DNA of 64,000 bases from contig OZ024744.1 of assembly GCA_964016885.1 (NCBI GenBank), positions 91,450,001 through 91,514,000 of the forward strand. Direction: 5' to 3'. Origin of the DNA: Eledone cirrhosa. Lineage: Eukaryota. The number at the start of each line of letters is the position of its first letter. Positions within the stretch are counted from its first letter, which is position 1. Below, piece by piece: positions 11,926 through 25,889 of the stretch. A program made the position numbers and the translations under genes. Under the pieces are notes generated by a model. The model saw only the letters and a program-made list of their open reading frames with translations, had not been told where the DNA came from and ran no database searches.

Positions 11926-12756
11926 TTTATATAGCACATAGCTGGTTCACCAAGTAGGGGAAAAACCCATGCTCCAATAATATCAACCTGGTGCTCCCAG
12001 TCTGTTAGCCCTCTCCCCACCCCTACTGCACAACCCCTCTTTTCCCCTAGTTTTCTAATCTCTTCTACAACACCCTACCTTTCTACCTGCTTTCTTTCTT
12101 ACCCCTCTCTTTCTCCCTCTCTTATCCCCTTTTCTCTCTTACCTCTCACTAGCTCTCCCTCTTACCTCCCTCTCTCTCTATCTCTTGTTCCTCTCTCTCC
12201 CACCCTTCTCTCTCCCGCCTCCCTCTCTCCCACCCACCCCCTCTTTCTCTTACCCCCCCCCCCCCTCTCAGAATGTATTTAATCACATCAAGAGTAATAT
12301 TACACAGGCTTCTTTTGAGTAAATCATAAATCAGAACATACTGCAATTTAAATGTGTGTGTCTGTATATGTAAGTTTGTGCATATCTGTGTGTGTGTGTG
12401 TGTGTGTGTAAGTGTGTGAGTGTGTTTATGTGTGCGTGTCTATATACATGTATGTATGTATTTATATTATATCATATACGCAACCACACACACACACATA
12501 TATATAGTATATTAAAATGACAATGATGATGATGATTATATATATATATTTATGTGTGTGTATATGTATATATTTATACATTATATGTACATCACATACA
12601 CACAAAAGCACACAACCACACATCCATGGACACAGACACACACACACACACACATGCACATCCACATATACACACACAGACAGGTTACCCCCCCCCCCCC
12701 CCCCGAGTAGGTACTCATTCTTCTTACCCTTTACTTTTAACTCTTTTTGTGTCCCC

Positions 12757-13357
12757 CACCACAAACACCAACACCACCACTGCCACCACGACCACCATCA
12801 CCACCACCACTATCACCACCACCATCACCACCACCACTATCATCACCACCACCATCACCACAAACACCACCACAAACACCATCACCTCCACCACCATCAC
12901 CACAAACACCACCACAAACACCATCACCTCCACCACCATCACCACAAACACCAACACAAACACCTTCATCACCACCACAAACACCTTCACCACCACCACC
13001 ACCACAAACACCATCACCTCCACCACCACAAACACCATCACCACCACCACCACAAACACCTTCACCTCCACCACCACAAACACCATCACCACCACCACCA
13101 CAAACACCTTCACCACCACCACCACCACCACAAACACCATCACCTCCACCACCACAAACACCATCACCTCCACCACCACAAACACCTTCACCACCACCAC
13201 CACCACCACAAACACCATCACCTCCACTACCACAAACACCATCACCTCCACCACCACAAACACCATCACCTCCACCACCACAAACACCTTCACCACCACC
13301 ACCACCACCACCACAAACACCATCACCTCCACCACCACAAACACCTTCACCACCACC
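12757..13357. repeat. CAC-based compound minisatellite (caccaccacaaacaccatcacctc)
   Basis: Direct observation; gives spurious His-, Thr- and Pro-rich ORFs in all frames. Confidence 0.9.
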
Positions 13358-13484
13358 TCTCTCATTTAACTCATCTATATATGTTTCAATTTCCACACAC
13401 ACCTACAGCTACACATACACACCTACACATACACCCCAACTTTGAGTGAGGGAAACTGGGTAGAGAGCAAACATTGGAAACTTC

Positions 13485-13489
13485 TACAC

Positions 13490-13531
<42 letters not shown>

Positions 13532-14205
13532 CCTCACATACATACACACACACACACTCACATACACACACACACACTCACATACACACATACACACACA
13601 TACACACACACACATACATGCATACATACACACACATACACACATACATACATACACAGATACACACACACATACATACATACACACACACAGCCTCACA
13701 TACATACACACACACACACACTCACATACACACATACACACACATACACACACACATACATACACACATACATAAACACACATACATACATACACGCATA
13801 CACACATACACATACATACATACACGCATACACGCATACACACATACATACATACATGCATACACACATACATACATACACACACACATACATGCATACA
13901 CACATACACACATACATACACACACATACATACACACATACATACATATGCACACATACACACACACATACATACACACATACATACACAGATACACATA
14001 CATACATACACACACATTACATACATACACACACATTACATACATACACACATACAATACATACACACACATGACATACATACACACATACAATACATAC
14101 ACACATACAATACATACACACATACATACACACATACATACGCACATACACACATAGACACACACACATACATACATATATACATACATACATACATACA
14201 TACAA
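13485..14205. repeat. (CA)n/(CATA)n compound microsatellite
   Basis: Direct observation; similar tracts at 16218-16965, 31600-32130, 37290-39360 and 40820-41580. Confidence 0.95.
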
Positions 14206-14529
14206 CATGGAAAACTTATAACCATAATAATCTATGTAATTTCAGCTGAAAATCAAATAAAATCTATAGCCTCCTCCTACTCCTCCTCCAACCCCCCCCC
14301 CTCTCCTCCGCCTCCTTCTTCCTCCTTCCTCCTCTCCTCTTTGTTCTACATCTTTGGTGTTCTTTAGTTATTTACAACTCTCGATTGTTTACTGCGCTGA
14401 TGTTTATACCGTTGCTATGTGTATGTGTGCGTATGTATATCAACATCATCATCATCATTTAATGTCAGCACTGCCTGCTATACATATTATACATACACAA
14501 ACTATAGTCACCACAATACAGACAACTAT

Positions 14530-14728
14530 AATAATTGTTTCTACTTTAGGCACGAGGCCAGCAATTTACCCAGTACATTACTGGTACTTTATTTTACCCC
14601 CCCCCCCCCCCCCCCCCCGTATGGATGAAAGGCAAAGTTAACCTCGGCGGGATTTGAACTCAGATCGTAAAGGGGCATGTAACTATGCTGGAAAGCATGA
14701 GGTCCGACCCTCTACCGATACTGCCAAT
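14530..14728 (-). mobile_element. tRNA-derived SINE family B
   Basis: Reverse complement of ttggcagtatcggtagagggtcggac...gagttcaaatcccgccgaggttaactttgcctttcatcc...gtagaaacaatta. Confidence 0.85.
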
Positions 14729-14816
14729 TCAATAATATTTGACAATTATAAAAAAAATAGTTGAAAAAAAATTGGGTGAAATTCACCTGGAGATGAAAAA
14801 AAAAGGGGGAATAAAG

Positions 14817-14891
14817 GCCCCTGGAGGGGAATTGAACCACACTTCTCTTGTGTGCCTGTCATGTGTGTTTAGCCATTACATCAAAGTGTCC
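14817..14891 (-). pseudogene. Decayed tRNA-like sequence (tRNA pseudogene or SINE head)
   Basis: Minus strand has A-box-like tgatgtaatgg and B-box ggttcaattccc about 45 nt apart; cloverleaf pairing is poor. Confidence 0.4.
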
Positions 14892-15034
14892 TCAGTTGCC
14901 TAATACTGTTGTTTTTAGAATATTTAAGCATATAGCTTAGAAAAATAGTCTTCACAAGGTATAATAAATGTTGAGAATTATAAATGATGGTTAAATAAAT
15001 TGAATAAAATACCTAGTGGCCTCATACAGATAGC

Positions 15035-16218
15035 TGCAATAACAGATGATAACAACTTCAACTGATGACTTGAATAACAGGCAACAGTGACTTCAACAGA
15101 TGACTTGAATAACAGATGACAGTGACTTCAGTAATTGATGACTTGAATAACAGATGATAACGACTTCAAATGATGACTTGAATAACAGATGATAACGACT
15201 TCAACTGATGACTTGCATAACAGATGACAGTGACTTCAACAGATGACTTGAATAACAGATGACAGTGACTTCAGCAACAGATGACTTGAATAACAGATGA
15301 TAATGACTTCAACTGATGACTTGAATAACAGATGACTGTGACTTCAACAGATATGACTTGAATAACAGATGACAGTGACTTCAGTAACATATGACTTGAA
15401 TAACAGATGACAGTGACTTTAGTAACAGATGACTTGAATAACAGATGATAACGACTCAACTGATGACTTGAATAACAGATGACAGTGACTTCAACAGATG
15501 ACTTGAATAACAGATGACAGTGACTTCAACAGATGACTTGAATAACAGATGACAGTGACTTCAGTAACAGATGACTTGAATAACAGATGATAACGACTCA
15601 ACTGATGACTTGAATAACAGATGACAGTGACTTCAACAGATGACTTGAATAACAGATGACAGTGACTTCAACAGATGACTTGAATAACAGATGACAGTGA
15701 CTTCAACAGATGACTTGAATACAGGTGACAGTGACTTCAGTAACAGATGACTTGAATAACAGATGATAATGACTTCAACTGATGACTTGAATAACAGATG
15801 ACAGTGACTTCAGTAACAGATGACTTGAATAACAGATGACAGTAATTTCAAGAGATGACATCAATAACAGTGACAGTAACTTCAACAGATGACATTGACT
15901 TCAACAGATGACTTCAATGACAGTGACTTTAATAACAGATGACAGTGACTTAAACATATAAAGTCATTTGTAGAAGTCACTGTCATCTGTTATTGAAGTT
16001 ATCTGTTGAAGTCAATGTTGCCTGTTATTCAAGTCATCTGTTGAAGTCACTGTCATCTGTTGAAGTCAATGTCATCTGTTATTGATGTCATCTGTTGTTG
16101 AAGTCACTAGCATCTGTTACTGAAGTCATCTGTTGAAATTACTGTCATCTGTTGAAGTTACTGTCATCTGTTATTGATGTCATCTTGTATTGAAGTCATC
16201 TGTTAAAGTCACTGTCAT
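15035..16218. repeat. ~35-38-bp satellite (acagatgacttgaataacagatgacagtgacttca) that inverts orientation at ~15957
   Basis: Forward units 15035-15951; reverse-complement units (gtcactgtcatctgtt) 15962-16218. Confidence 0.92.
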
Positions 16219-17251
16219 ACACACATTCACACACAAACATACACAGACACATCACACATATGCGTAATCACACTTACTAACATACATGCTCACACACAAA
16301 CATACACAAACACATCGCACTCACACAGACAGATTCCCCCCACAGACACAAACACAACCCCCACACACAAACACATCAACCACACACAGATACTAACACA
16401 CACCCACCATATACAAACATGAACTCACACACACATTCACTCAAACATACATACACACACACACACACTCACATACTCATACTCACATACATACACACAT
16501 ACATACATACATACACTCACATACACACACACACACATACATACACACACACTCACACATACACACACACACACACTAACATACACACACAGACATATAT
16601 ACATACATGCACACACTGACATACACACATACATACACACACACACTCACTCACTCACACATACATACACACACTCACATGCACACACACACATACATAC
16701 ATACACCCACACTCATACACACATACATACACACACACATACATATTCACACACACACATACACACTCACTCACACATACACACACACACACATACATAC
16801 ATACATACATACATACACACTCACATACACACACACATACATAAATACACACACACTCACACACATACATACACACACATACATATACACATACACATAT
16901 ACACACACGCACATACGCACACACACATATAAACACACACACACACATATCACACACACACACATATCCTATGGCTCATTTCATGACATAATGGACTTCA
17001 TACACTGCTGGATACCAGATGAGGACATTATTATTATTTCTTTCTTTCCTTCCTTCCTTCCTTCCTTCCTTCCTTCCTTCCTTCCTTTCTTTCTTTCTTT
17101 CTTTCTTTCTCCCTTTCTCTCTTTCTTTCTTTTTCTCTCTTTCTTTCCTTCCTTTTCTTTCTTTCATTCTTTCCTTCTACTACTACTATTCTTTCCTACT
17201 ACTATTATTACTACTACTACTAATAAAGTACTATTATTACTACTACTACTA

Positions 17252-17444
17252 AGGGCGGTGGATTGGCAGTATCGGTAGAGGGTCGGACGCCATGCTTTGC
17301 AGCATAGAGTTATGGCCCTTTATGATCTGAGTTCAAATCCCGCCGAGGTTAACTTTGCCTTTCATCGTTACGGGGTTGATAAAATAAAGTACCAGTAATG
17401 CACTGGGTAATTGCTGGCCTTGTGGCAAAAGTAGAAACAATTAT

Positions 17445-17445
<1 letters not shown>
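17252..17445 (+). mobile_element. tRNA-derived SINE family B, full length
   Basis: ggcggtggattggcagtatcggtagag...gagttcaaatcc...gtagaaacaattatt; further copies at 18040, 19475, 19680, 21300-21530, 23028, 23652, 46465, 46657, 56100 and 56490. Confidence 0.88.
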
Positions 17446-17483
<38 letters not shown>

Positions 17484-17835
17484 AATAAACTTCTTTCCTT
17501 TCATTCTCCCCTTCTCTTCCCCTACACCTGATGAAAGTTTGTCCTCACTAATACCAACACCACCACCACTTCCGTTATTTCTCATTTCCCCCCACCTCAA
17601 AAGCCCCTCATCAACACACCCCGTCTCATCCCCTCCTCATCCCTTTCTCATGCTCCCTACTCACCCTTCCCCGTCCCTACACCTGATGAAATTTTGCCCT
17701 TACTAATACCAACACCACCATTATTTCTCATTTTCTCCTCTTTCCCCACCTCCACCTTCTGCTTCTTTAGTAACCTTTTATTCTTCCTTCCACCCTTCCT
17801 TCCTTCCTTCCTTCCTTCCTTCCTTCCAAACCTAA

Positions 17836-18604
17836 AACCCTTTTGATACCAATTTGGCTAAATTAAAACCCTGTTCTGGTTCTTATGAAACAAAACTCAC
17901 CCATTTTAAAAACTTAAACCTAACAAAATTCTAAATATAATTGTTTCTACTTTTTGGCACAAGGCCAGCAATTACCCAGTGCATTACTGGTACTTTATTT
18001 TATCGATCTCAATGACCTTACATTAAGTTATTATCTTAGTGGTGGACTGGCAGTATCGGTAGAGGGTCGGACGCCATGCTTTGACACATAGAGTTATGGC
18101 CCTTGCCATTCTGAGTTCAAATCCCGCCAAGGTTAACTTTGCCTTTCATCCTTACGGGGTCGATAAAATAAAGTACTAGTAATACACTGGGTAATTGCTG
18201 GCCTTGTGCCTAAAGTAGAAACAATTATCTTAGTGAGGAAATAATTTATAACTTTTTAGTATGAGGATCTGCTGAAAACTTCAAAGGCTGACTATGAAGA
18301 AATGATGCTAGGGCTGTGAAATCTTGCATGCATTAATTTCAACTTTTATTATTGTTTCTACTTTTGGCACAAGGCCAACAATTACCCAATGTATTACTGG
18401 TACTTTATTTTATCGACCCTGTAAGGATGAAAGAATAATTGCATTGTTCCTTTCCAGGGACTATGTTGAAAAATAAATCTCATTTGGTCATTCCATGAGA
18501 GTATCTTGGTCATCATATGAACTTTTCAGCTGACCCTCAGAATTCTTCATCAATCAATTGAAATAGAGTGTATTTCATTAGAAATATGGTTTGAAAAAGG
18601 TTAA
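17836..18604. mobile_element. piggyBac-type MITE carrying nested SINEs and a mariner MITE
   Basis: Ends aaacccttttgatacc and ggtttgaaaaaggttaa; body homologous to 22220-22545; SINE 18040-18226 has 12-bp TSD attatcttagtg. Confidence 0.55.
18260..18539 (+). mobile_element. Mariner MITE interrupted by a SINE 3' fragment
   Basis: TIRs tgaggatctgctgaaaacttc and gaacttttcagctgaccctca; SINE piece at 18348-18431. Confidence 0.78.
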
Positions 18605-18639
18605 ATTCTCAGTTCTTATGAACTGCCTCAAAATCTCTA

Positions 18640-19295
18640 TATAGAATGCTTTGTTGACTGTCTGGCCGTGGGGGACCCAATGGATGTAAATGATGCCCTT
18701 AGTGTCAAAGAATGGGATCATCATGAGCTTCCCAGTGGACCTGCTTTGTCTGGCCTTCTTGGGTCTTGGGGAATCAGAATGTTTCCACTGGGCACTCTGT
18801 CTCTAGGTCTCTGGATCATAACAGTTGACCCAGCTCTCATCACAGGTTACCAGAGACTCAAGAACACTTGGATTTGAAGCAATCTACAACCATCTCTCTG
18901 CTGTCATCAATGTGTCTCGGCCTTTGATCTTCATTGAGCACTCTGGGAACAAACTTTGCACATGTTCAGATCATCATGAATGACTCTGTACACACTACCC
19001 TCAGCCATTTCAAATGGTTTAGCAATCACCAGAAGAGATGCATGACAGTCCTCGTCCAGAAATTTGTGAATTTTGTCAACCAACTTTAGCATCCTGCTGT
19101 CCCTATCTCTGCCACACCTCTTGTCCCTCACCTGTTCCTTGCCCTCCTGGAACCTCATGTGCCAGCAGAAAACAGTTGTCTGGCTCATGAAAGTTTATAA
19201 GCAGTTTTGACCATTTCGTAGGTGTCTGCAACGTTTTTGCAGAGCTTGACACAAAACTTTATTGCATATTGAGCCTCCAAGTTGTCTTCACATCC
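18640..19295 (-). pseudogene. Mariner transposase remnant
   Basis: Minus strand: YAIKFCVKL, TVFCWHMRFQEG...VYRVIHDDLNMCKVC (HTH), ESWVNCYDPET...QWKHSDSPRPKK...KLMMIPFFDTKGII (start of DDD domain); stops and frameshifts. Confidence 0.88.
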
Positions 19296-20667
19296 CGACT
19301 GTATTGTGGAACCAATCAGCTGTGACAAGACGTCTATGATTGGTAGTGTTTAAAGTACTGCAGTGGCCTGAACTTTCACCCTGAAAAAAAAAAAAAAATT
19401 TGGCATGTTTGCTTATATCAAGGATGTATTAGACTGATGGTTACATAGGTTAGTTAAAAGTGCCTGAAAAAAAAAGGTGGTGGATTGGCAGTATCAGTAA
19501 AGCAGCGGACAGAATGCTCTGCAACATAGACTTACATCCCTTTAAGTTCTGAGTTCAAATCCTGTTGAGGTTAGCTTTGTCTTTCATCCTTACATTGGAG
19601 TTGCTAAAATAAAGTACCAGTAATGCACTGCAGTCGATTTAATCGACTTTCCCCTCCCCACCAAATTTGTTTGCCTTTTCAGTAGAGCGTCAGACACAAT
19701 GCTTTGCAGCATAGACTTATGGCCTTTTACATTCTGAGTTCAAATCCCACTGAGGTTAGCTTTGCCTTTCATCCTTACAGGGTCGAGAAAATAAAGTACC
19801 AGTAATACACTGGTATAATTGCTGGCCTTGTGGCAAAAGTAGAAACAGCAATTATTATTATTTATGTTATGAGTTGAAATCCAGCTGAGGTTAGCTTTGC
19901 CTTTCATCCTAACGAGGTGTGGTGGGTTGATAAAATATAGTACCAGTAATGTTCTGTGACTTATGTGTGTTACAGCTCACACCTAAACAGGTTTAGCTGG
20001 CCTCCTCCACAGTATATCTCATTGGAGGTGTCTTAGGTGATTTAATGATAGGGACCCCAGTCCCTATCATCTCATTTCTACAGCTGAGTAAACTGGAGCA
20101 ACGTGAAATAGAGGAAACAATACATCACCTGGTCTGAGAATTGAACTCACAACCTTTTGATCGCAAGCCCAATGCTCTAACCACTAAGCTATGCGCCTTC
20201 AAAGTACCAGTAATGTACTGGGGGATCGATTTAATCAACTTTTGCCCTTCCCCACAAAAATTGTTGGACTTGTTTCTAAATGAGAAACCGTTGTAAATTC
20301 TGGTTGTCAAATATTTCGTTTATGTTATTTTTTTTTTTTATTTTTTTTTTTTTTATTCCTTCTCCTCCCCCAACCCCAAACCTCCAACTCCTCATTACCC
20401 CACACTACCCCCATCCACTGACGTCATTCTTAGAAGTTGAACACAACCAGGAACACAACATAACAAATCCATTTGTCATATCTTTCTTCTTTCCATTGTC
20501 ATTCTTCACTTGTCTTATGTTTCTCCACCACCACCACCACTGCCTCACCTGTTCACTCCTCCTCCTCCACCCCCTCTATCACCTCTCCCTCTTCCTCTTC
20601 TACTGCCACCACTGCCTCTTCCTCCTCCTCATCCACAACATCCACTTCTTCACTTCTCGTCCCATTT

Positions 20668-20860
20668 TTCTTCTTCTTCTTCTTCTTCTTCTTCTTCTTC
20701 TTGTCTTCTCCTTTTCTTCTCCTTTTCTTCTCCTTTTCTTCTTCTTCTTCTTCTTCTTCTTCTTCTTCTTGTCTTCTCCTTGTCTTCTCCTTTTCTTCTC
20801 CTTTTCTTCTTCTTCTTCTTCTTCTTCTTCTTCTTCTTCTTCTTCTTCTTCTTCTTCTTT
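20668..20860. repeat. (CTT)n compound microsatellite
   Basis: Direct observation. Confidence 0.95.
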
Positions 20861-20981
20861 TTCTTCTCCCCCCCCCCTGCCTTCTTCCGTTAAATGTTAT
20901 GGAAATTCCATATTTTCCTTTACATCCAAAGTTACCACCACCACCAACACCACCAGCATTACAGTTAGCCAGCCATTCCAG

Positions 20982-21019
<38 letters not shown>

Positions 21020-23226
21020 TCCCAGTCAAAATGTTTGAAAGGTCATCCAAAGCAGCCCCTTATTTCCATCTCACACAATTCAACAACATGTCTATGTAGC
21101 TACAAGCAATCAGTAGTTTGTTCATTTGATCAGGACTTAACCCCCCCCTCCCCCGGTCTTTTTTTTGTTGTTGTTGTTATATCAAGCCATCTAAAATTGC
21201 CCCCCCCCCCTGCGCCTGCCGCTTCTACAATACAAAATTGTATATTTCAAAATGTCTATATTTATCTTAAAAAAACCCAAACCTATCATTATTTTTTTAC
21301 AGGGTCGATAAAATAAAGTACCAGTAATGCACTGGGATAATTGCTGGTCTTGTGCCAAAAGTAGAAACAATTATTTTATGTAAGAACAGAGTTACGGCCC
21401 TTTATGGTCTGAGTTCAAATCCCGCTGAGGTTAACTTTGCCTTTCATCCTTACGGGATCGATAAAATAAAGTACCGGTCATGTACTGGGTAATTGCTGGC
21501 CTTGTGCCAAAAGTAGAAACAATTATTTTATGTAAGAACCTTTGTTATGTTATGTTCCAAACACCAGCTTAATAATAGGTTCTAAGTTTGGCATAAGCTC
21601 ATGAAAAGTTTCTTATCTTGACACAAGGTCAGCAATTTTTTGGAGAGCCATGGGAGTGGAATTGTTATGTGGACGCCAGTATTTGATTGGTATTTTATTT
21701 TATAAATACTGGCTTAACCCTTTAGCATTTAAACCAGCCATATCTGGTCACAATTTTCTCACCTATTTCTGTTCAAACTGGCTATAACTGGCTTCTTATA
21801 CCAATGTTAAGATATTGTTCTCAAAATAAATAATATCAAAATTTCATAGATTCGATATTATGTGAGGTAATTATGTAAGATAAAGCCTTTACTGTGAAAA
21901 TAGAATAACATATATAGAGTAATCATCAACATCATCATCATTTAACGTCTATCTTCCACGCTAGCATGGGTTAGACGGGAATTGTCCAACTTGAGGCAAG
22001 ATTGATCAGGTGACCATGTCTCGCTCATATAGGACTGTATTTGGCAGGTTTTCTATGGCTCGATGCCCTTCCTAACACCAACCGCATTTACAGTGTGGAT
22101 TGGGAGCCTTTTTACTGTGTCTCCTACACGACTCCTTTACAGCATGAACTGGGTGCTTTTTGTTGTGACACCTACACGACCACTTTAGTGTGGACTGGAT
22201 GTTCTATGGTACCAAGGGTTAAGTTACCAGCCCGGCCAAAACTGGCTCTGGTTCTATGAAATAAAGCCACCCATTTTAAAGGTTTCCTGTTTAAATTAAG
22301 TTACTATCTTTGTTACCAACTCGGTCATAACTGGCTCTGGTTCTATGAAATAAAACTATCTATTTTAAAGGTTTCCAATTTAAATTAAAACCCCCCAACA
22401 TATTTTTATATATAAGAACCATACATGTTAAGTTACTATCTTAGTAATGATATAATTAATAAATTTTAGTAAATCCCACGAAATTCTTCATCAATTAATT
22501 AAAATGGAGTTTATTTCATTAGAAATGCAGTCATGAAAGGGTTCTTGATTATTTACAAAATTATTTAGTAGTTGGCATCCAGCCATAGAAAACCAACACC
22601 AAAACACCCAGCCCACACTGTAAAGTGGATGTAGAAAAGAGATGGCAAAAAGCTCCCAGCACACACTGTCAATGTAGTTGGCGTTAGGAAGGGCATCCAG
22701 CCATAGAAAACCAGCCAGTAACTCTCCTATATGAGCGAGATACTTTCACCCAACCCTACCTGCCTCTAAATGGGACAAACCTGTTTGACCCATGCGAGCA
22801 TGGAAGATAGATGTTACCGATGATGATGATGATAATAATGATTTGAAAATCTTAAGCAGAGTATTTTATTGGAACTATGGTAATGAAAGAGTTAATTCAT
22901 TTGTTACCATATTTCTAATGAAATAAACTGCCAATGTGTTTCAATTGGTTTTGAAAATAATAAAAAGTTCAATGGAATCTAGTAAAAGGACTAAATTTCT
23001 CATTATCAACTTGGCATTTGGAATATTATGGTGGAATGGCAGTACCGGTAGAGGGTCGGACACCATGCTTTGACGCATGGAGTTACGGCCCTTGCCATTC
23101 TGAGTTCAATTCCCGCCAAGGTTAACTTTGCCTTTCATCCTTACAGGATCGATAAAATAAAGTACCAGTAATACACTGGATAATTGCTGGCCTTGTGCCA
23201 AAAGTAGAAACAATTATTTAATAAAA

Positions 23227-23260
23227 CTAGCTGGGCCCATGCTGTCAAAAATGACAGCTA
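23227..23260 (-). mobile_element. Helitron 3' terminus
   Basis: Minus strand: gctgtca tttt tgacagc hairpin, 9 nt, CTAG|T. Confidence 0.5.
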
Positions 23261-23274
23261 ATTGTAGTATTTTA

Positions 23275-23640
23275 TAATAACAATAATAATGAAATTATTG
23301 TGTACAGTGCTCAGGTGCACTACAACTCATGAAAGGTGTATGTGTAGTTCATAGAATAATGTACAAATGTCAGTAAAGTGAACAGTGTATGAGTCATGAT
23401 ATACATGTGTGTGTATGGAGGGGGATATCAGGTGTAGTGTTGGCGAATTTAAGGAAGCATGGAGGTTTTAAAGGATGCAGTGCCTTCGCAGTTAACAACT
23501 GATGCAGGTAGTTTGTTCCATGCTTCAGCAGGTTTCCAAAAGTCATGGGAGCTGTGTTCTTTTCTGACTTTGTAGGCATGTCCACGTGTGTTAGACACAT
23601 GGAATTCAAAAAAGTGCTCAGCGTTGTTGTTGGCAAGATG
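23275..23640 (-). mobile_element. CR1/L2-group LINE 3' end
   Basis: TRGHAYKVRK...AEAWNKLPASVVN...SFK in ORF 23449-23697; (ATT)n-like tail. Confidence 0.75.
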
Positions 23641-23989
23641 GTTAATAATTATAATTGTTTCTATTTTTGGCACAAGGCCAGCAATTACCCAGTACATTAC
23701 TGGTACTTTATTTTATTGACCCGGTAAGGATGAAAGGCAAAGTTAACCTCGACAATAATTATAATAATATATAAAAAGTGTATTAAACCAAGTTTTTAGT
23801 TTCATAATTCTTTTATTACAAACTTTTTTTGTGGATAAACTATCCATAATTGACAAAGATAACCAAGATAATATCTTGGTCAGCATATGTATGAGTATCA
23901 TCATCATCATCATCATCATTGTTTAGCATCCACTTTCCACACTAGCATGGCTTAGTATATAGATATAAACATAGAAACACACATACACT

Positions 23990-24425
23990 CATCATCATCA
24001 TCATCACCGTTTAATGTTCATTTTTCCATGCTAGCATGGGTTAGACGAGTTGTCCTGTTGTAAGAAATGCCAGGTCAGGTGACCATGTCTTACTCATACA
24101 GAACTGGTTCTGGCTTGGTTCCTACAGCTGGATGCCCTTCCTAACACCAACTTCATTTACAGAGAGTGCTGGGTGCTTTTCTCGTGACACTTACATGACC
24201 ACTTTACAGTGAGTACTGGCTGTTTTTTGACGTGACACTTACATGACCACTTTACAGTGAGTACTAGGTGCTTTTTGTTGTGACACCTACACAACCACTT
24301 TACAGTGTGTACTGGGTGTTTTTTGACGTGACACTTACATGACCACTTTACAGTGAGTACTAGGTGCTTTTTGTTGTGACACCTACACAACCACTTTACA
24401 GTGTATACTGGGTGTTTTTTGCCAT
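23990..24425 (-). mobile_element. SINE/RTE-UTR copy with ~50-bp internal tandem expansion
   Basis: ccactttacagtg..tactgg recurs 5 times; similar expansion at 58750-59000. Confidence 0.8.
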
Positions 24426-25335
24426 GCCAACATCATGGCCGCTATATTCACACAACCACACATATACTCATACACATACACTCACAAAAGTGATACAAAC
24501 ACGCAAACACTAAGACAAACATAATAGCCAATGTATGTAGCCAATTCGCTATACATATACTTTTAGAAGAATGGCATTAGTACAGATAATAGTTGTTGTT
24601 GAAATAACAAGAAATGGCTTTTTGGTTTATATACAAAGGTCTACTTCATTGAAGTCAAAGAAAGGACAATAAACATATTACCACTAGTTGTGAAGGTTGA
24701 CGATGGAATGGTGTGGTTGGTTCATGAGGCTGTTGGTAGTAAAAAGAGTTGCTCTTAACATGTTCACTGGAGTAGGCTGGTATTTGCATCCCACGTGTGG
24801 TGGGTGAAGGCTGAAGTGGAGGAGGTGAAGTCGCCTCCGTTCTCCAGGGCAGCTGCGAGTGGAAAAGAGGTAGAGTGCTTTCGCTGTCTCTATATATATA
24901 GTCCCCATGGGGACGTAACTCCATTTGGTTCTGTCGTTGACACTAGGGGTCACTACATACTCACACAAGTCATCTCTTTTTCCGTGAGTGAAGGACAAAT
25001 ATATATCATCGTCATCATCACTTAACGTCTATCTTCCACCGTAGCACGGGTTAGATGGGTTTGTCCCATTTAGAGGCAAGTTGGGATGGGAAAGGCTATG
25101 CACAGAGCCAATCCCACTCACTGAATATCGAATGCCTTTACCCCAAAAGTAGAATTGGTCTACATCATTGGATGCAAATGAAGTCACAAGTTTTATATCA
25201 GAGTGACTTCTCCTAGAGAGATGTCTTAATGAAGACTAGGGGTTTCTCACTCCATTGTCCTGCTTCAAAAAATATATATACATATATAGATAGATAGATA
25301 CATATATAAGTATATATATATATATATATATACAT

Positions 25336-25744
25336 TTATTACAAAATAACAGGAGGCTGACTGGTGTAATTCCTTAAAGGTTTATTATACTATGAACATT
25401 TCAATGACCGGGTTCAGTATGAATCCGGAGACATCATCTGGTATTCGAAATTTAACAAAGGAATATAATCCATGGGGCTGAAAAGGCAGAGAGACAAGAA
25501 GGCGGCCACACATTTAGTAGTTTCTAGTTCGGTCGGCAGGCGGCCGACTAAACTAGAAACTACTAAATGTGTGGCCGCCTTCTTGTCTCTCTGCCTTTTC
25601 AGCCCCATGGATTATATTCCTTTGTTAAATTTCGAATACCAGATGATGTCTCCGGATTCATACTGAACCCGGTCATTGAAATGTTCATAGTATAATAAAC
25701 CTTTAAGGAATTACACCAGTCAGCCTCCTGTTATTTTGTAATAA
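25336..25744. mobile_element. 409-bp near-perfect palindrome with a variant hammerhead in each arm
   Basis: 202-bp arms, loop aggcg (25538-25542), only 2 differences near the loop; plus strand atac CAGATGA ... GAAA tgttca TA gtat (25636-25693). Confidence 0.9.
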
Positions 25745-25889
25745 TTAACTCCATACTCGCACTACCAACAACACAAACGAAAATGGGTGAGTTGCATTAC
25801 ATCGAGTGCTTTCCCTAATATTACATTGAGGTTCACCATACGGAATGACCAGTTCTATCCAGTGGTGAACCAACAAACCTAAATGAGTA

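Noticed and set aside
12517-13449. His-rich, extensin-like or mucin-like ORFs (also 61686-62678)
   Set aside because: Triplet-based repeats open in nearly all frames on both strands, with no unique domain or convincing gene structure
17547-17700. Two CTGATGA motifs (17548, 17683)
   Set aside because: No downstream stem II plus GAAA, so not counted as hammerheads
20553-21100. ORF MDDLSNILTGK...LLEWLANC as an exon
   Set aside because: Interrupted by (GA)n and (GAA)n, in-frame stop immediately upstream, no clear splice sites
24655-24998. Possible LTR gag/protease or host exon fragment
   Set aside because: No motif could be identified with confidence in any frame
25414-25666. Two mirrored 64-aa ORFs
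   Set aside because: Consequence of the palindrome; no recognisable protein motif
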